The position numbers were made by a program, and so were the translations under genes. A stretch of 63,196 nt of DNA, counting the filler, from Candidatus Tectimicrobiota bacterium (lineage in GTDB: Bacteria > JACPSX01), in NCBI GenBank assembly GCA_016193065.1. It is 5 parts of 5 records of this genome, joined end to end, with 100 filler letters (N's around TTAATTAATTAA, not from the genome) between each part and the next. Parts side by side here need not be neighbours in the genome. Positions count along the whole stretch, not along the records: positions 57,108 to 63,196 come from JACPSX010000035.1; 4 more parts are not named here. One strand, written 5' to 3'. Of this stretch, positions 61,346-63,196 are shown piece by piece. Below the pieces are notes generated by a model. The model did no database searches, had not been told where the DNA came from, and was given only the letters and a program-made list of their open reading frames with translations. Each line of letters opens with the position of its first letter. Position 1 is the first letter of the stretch.

Positions 61346-62206
61346 ATGCCTCTATTCATAAGTTACTCTCACGCAGACAAGGACTTCGTCGACAGACTGG
61401 CAACACAATTGGTCGCTCACAAGGTTAACGTCTGGCTTGATCGCTGGGAAATGCATGTTGGCGAGTCAATCATCGACCGAATCCAAAGAGCAATCATGGA
61501 TGCGAGTGCGCTTCTTGTCATCCTTTCCCCTGAGTCGGTTGAGTCTGAATGGTGCAAGAAGGAACTGAACAGCGGGCTGATCCGCGAGTTGGAGGAACGG
61601 CAGATTGTAGTTCTACCAGTCCTCGTTCGTGACTGTACCATCCCTATGTTCCTTCGTGAAAAACTTTATGCGGATTTCCGTACAAATTTTGATGACGGCT
61701 TGCGAACAATTCTAGAAGCTGTCGCGAAAGTGACAAATGAATGGCGGAACCGACTCGAAACACCAACATGGCACACTGATTGGGCGATAGACTGGGGAGA
61801 AACCGACGAGGGCATAGCAATCCTTCGGCTTACTCTTGTGGAGGTGGCTGAGAATCAACCATATTCCGTTCTCACCGTCATCAGCCTGATTCCGGGGCCT
61901 TATGCCAACGCATGGTATAGAGTCATGGCGGAACAAAGGCAGGAGGATGTTGCTCGACGTATGGTCGTCGAGGGGCTTTCTGCGGAATTAAAACGGATAG
62001 ACTTTCGAGTCCTTCTTGAAGATCAATTCCCAAAATCTACGTCTATTCCGTTTTCCATCGAGTCCGGTGATTACACTGCCAATATAACCACTAGGTTGCT
62101 TGGAACCGATACCGGTAGGGATGTTTTGTTCGATACAGCACAGCAGATTGATGGCATCAAGACCCAAATGCAGTTGGCTGCAGCGCAACGACTGGAAAAT
62201 GCATAA
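61346..62206 (+). CDS. TIR-domain protein with uncharacterised C-terminal domain
   Basis: LFISYSHAD, VWLD, LSPESVESEWCKKEL (catalytic Glu), YADFR; visibly AT-richer than host genes. Confidence 0.92.
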   Translation: MPLFISYSHADKDFVDRLATQLVAHKVNVWLDRWEMHVGESIIDRIQRAIMDASALLVILSPESVESEWCKKELNSGLIRELEERQIVVLPVLVRDCTIPMFLREKLYADFRTNFDDGLRTILEAVAKVTNEWRNRLETPTWHTDWAIDWGETDEGIAILRLTLVEVAENQPYSVLTVISLIPGPYANAWYRVMAEQRQEDVARRMVVEGLSAELKRIDFRVLLEDQFPKSTSIPFSIESGDYTANITTRLLGTDTGRDVLFDTAQQIDGIKTQMQLAAAQRLENA

Positions 62207-62217
62207 CTCCTATGAGG

Positions 62218-62277
62218 GTGTGCCCTACAAGCCACAGACACCTTACTGGTGAAAGTCCGGTCGTGGTAACCGCCAGC
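62218..62277 (+). mobile_element. 5' stub of a group II intron
   Basis: GTGTG start, then ACTGGTGAAAGTCCGGT domain-I-like hairpin; no domain V or RT seen downstream. Confidence 0.55.
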
Positions 62278-63196
62278 TTGCTCAAGATAGGTGCAACCTT
62301 GAGGTAAAAGTAAAAAGGCCCCTGTCCCTGGACACTGGGGGTAGGTATGGAAGGATCCAACCATTAGTGTCGAAAGGGGACAGGAGCCCAAAGCAGGGAT
62401 CGACTTGACGTCCCTGACATTGAAGAATCTCCGGAAGCATCTGGGTTCTCAAGATAAACCGGAGGAGTTTTTCGAGGCACTGGGGAAAGTTCCAGGGCAG
62501 TCGAACGCAGTTGGAAAGAAACTATAGAAATCTTAATTGAGAAGCGAAAGCGCTGTCAAGGAACTGCTTCCCGACTTGCGGTTTAATCAAAAGAGGCGGC
62601 TTCCTTATCAAGGCGTTTTTGCTTTACCGGTCGCTTGAGCCCCGTGATCTACGGCGTGCTGCCGAGTGACCCCAGCGACGAGGGCGGCCCTCCCTTGCGG
62701 GGATTGCTCTCACGGAACTGCCGGAAGGTGGAACCCCTGCAAAGGAAGCCGCAAAGGAAAATTCGTAACCACCGGGGTCAGCGTAGCAAGCGGATAGAGC
62801 CGATCAAGGATGGTATTCTTGCAAGTGGTGATCAGTGCCTGCGCCCGTCGAAATTAGAATACACTCCTTGGAGGGGTACTGGGGATTCTCAGGTATACCA
62901 GCGGGAAATCACCAGAGCGGGGGAGGCTTTGGGCATAGGAAACTTCCTCTTGGGGCTTGGAAAGGGATTCTGAGAAGAGTTTATAATTCAAACAGTTCGG
63001 GGGGTCAAGCCCCTTTCATTCCGAACAACTCACTCAACCCGAATCCTCAACACCAAAGAAAAAATGGTCCCGATCTTTATCCGAGGGTGGGGCCTTTCTG
63101 CCACACCCTTCTTTTCCTGTGTCATGCCTCAGTGCGGTAAAAAGGGCAGCTTCGCTTTTTTTCTTGACGCCAGTGTGGGCTGGAATGATAAATGGA

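Noticed and set aside
62635-63140. ORFs of 112 and 101 aa at the window end
   Set aside because: No motifs, overlapping frames and no clear RBS; treated as debris.

Overview
The window is five GC-rich bacterial contigs joined by 100-nt N/TTAATTAATTAA linkers (14189-14288, 39369-39468, 49366-49465, 57008-57107), so adjacency across linkers is unproven; it looks like a MAG. Contig 1 carries a dissimilatory sulfite-reduction operon (dsrL-A-B-D-N-C-T-M-K), a stand-alone Fis-type HTH, a YeiH/UPF0324 exporter and a TctABC transporter whose TctC is fused to a nitrilase-family domain. Contigs 2-4 are mostly housekeeping: gmd/fcl/GT4/wecA, aromatic biosynthesis, rpsA, glyA, nrdR, tetrapyrrole genes, lysS, prfB, smc, ftsAZ, the yggS-proC-divIVA cluster and split metE. 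Contig 5 has tRNA-Val/tRNA-Asp followed by a decayed island with a TIR gene. The strongest unexplained signals are non-coding: (i) the dsr operon and the exporter have near-identical sigma54 promoters, each with a tandem GTTACC-N4-GGTAAC palindrome pair, suggesting a shared sigma54 sulfite regulon; (ii) the glpX-pheA spacer holds two candidate ncRNAs, a sigma54-driven ~94-nt RNA displaying an anti-Shine-Dalgarno sequence and a 184-nt rod-shaped 6S-like RNA with its own promoter and terminator; (iii) the TIR gene is bracketed by integron-cassette core sites and followed by a group II intron 5' stub. Also notable are two probable pseudo-enzymes (GlpX, radical SAM) and several precise micro-deletions that may be assembly errors. 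All calls come from reading the sequence by eye; no database search was run.
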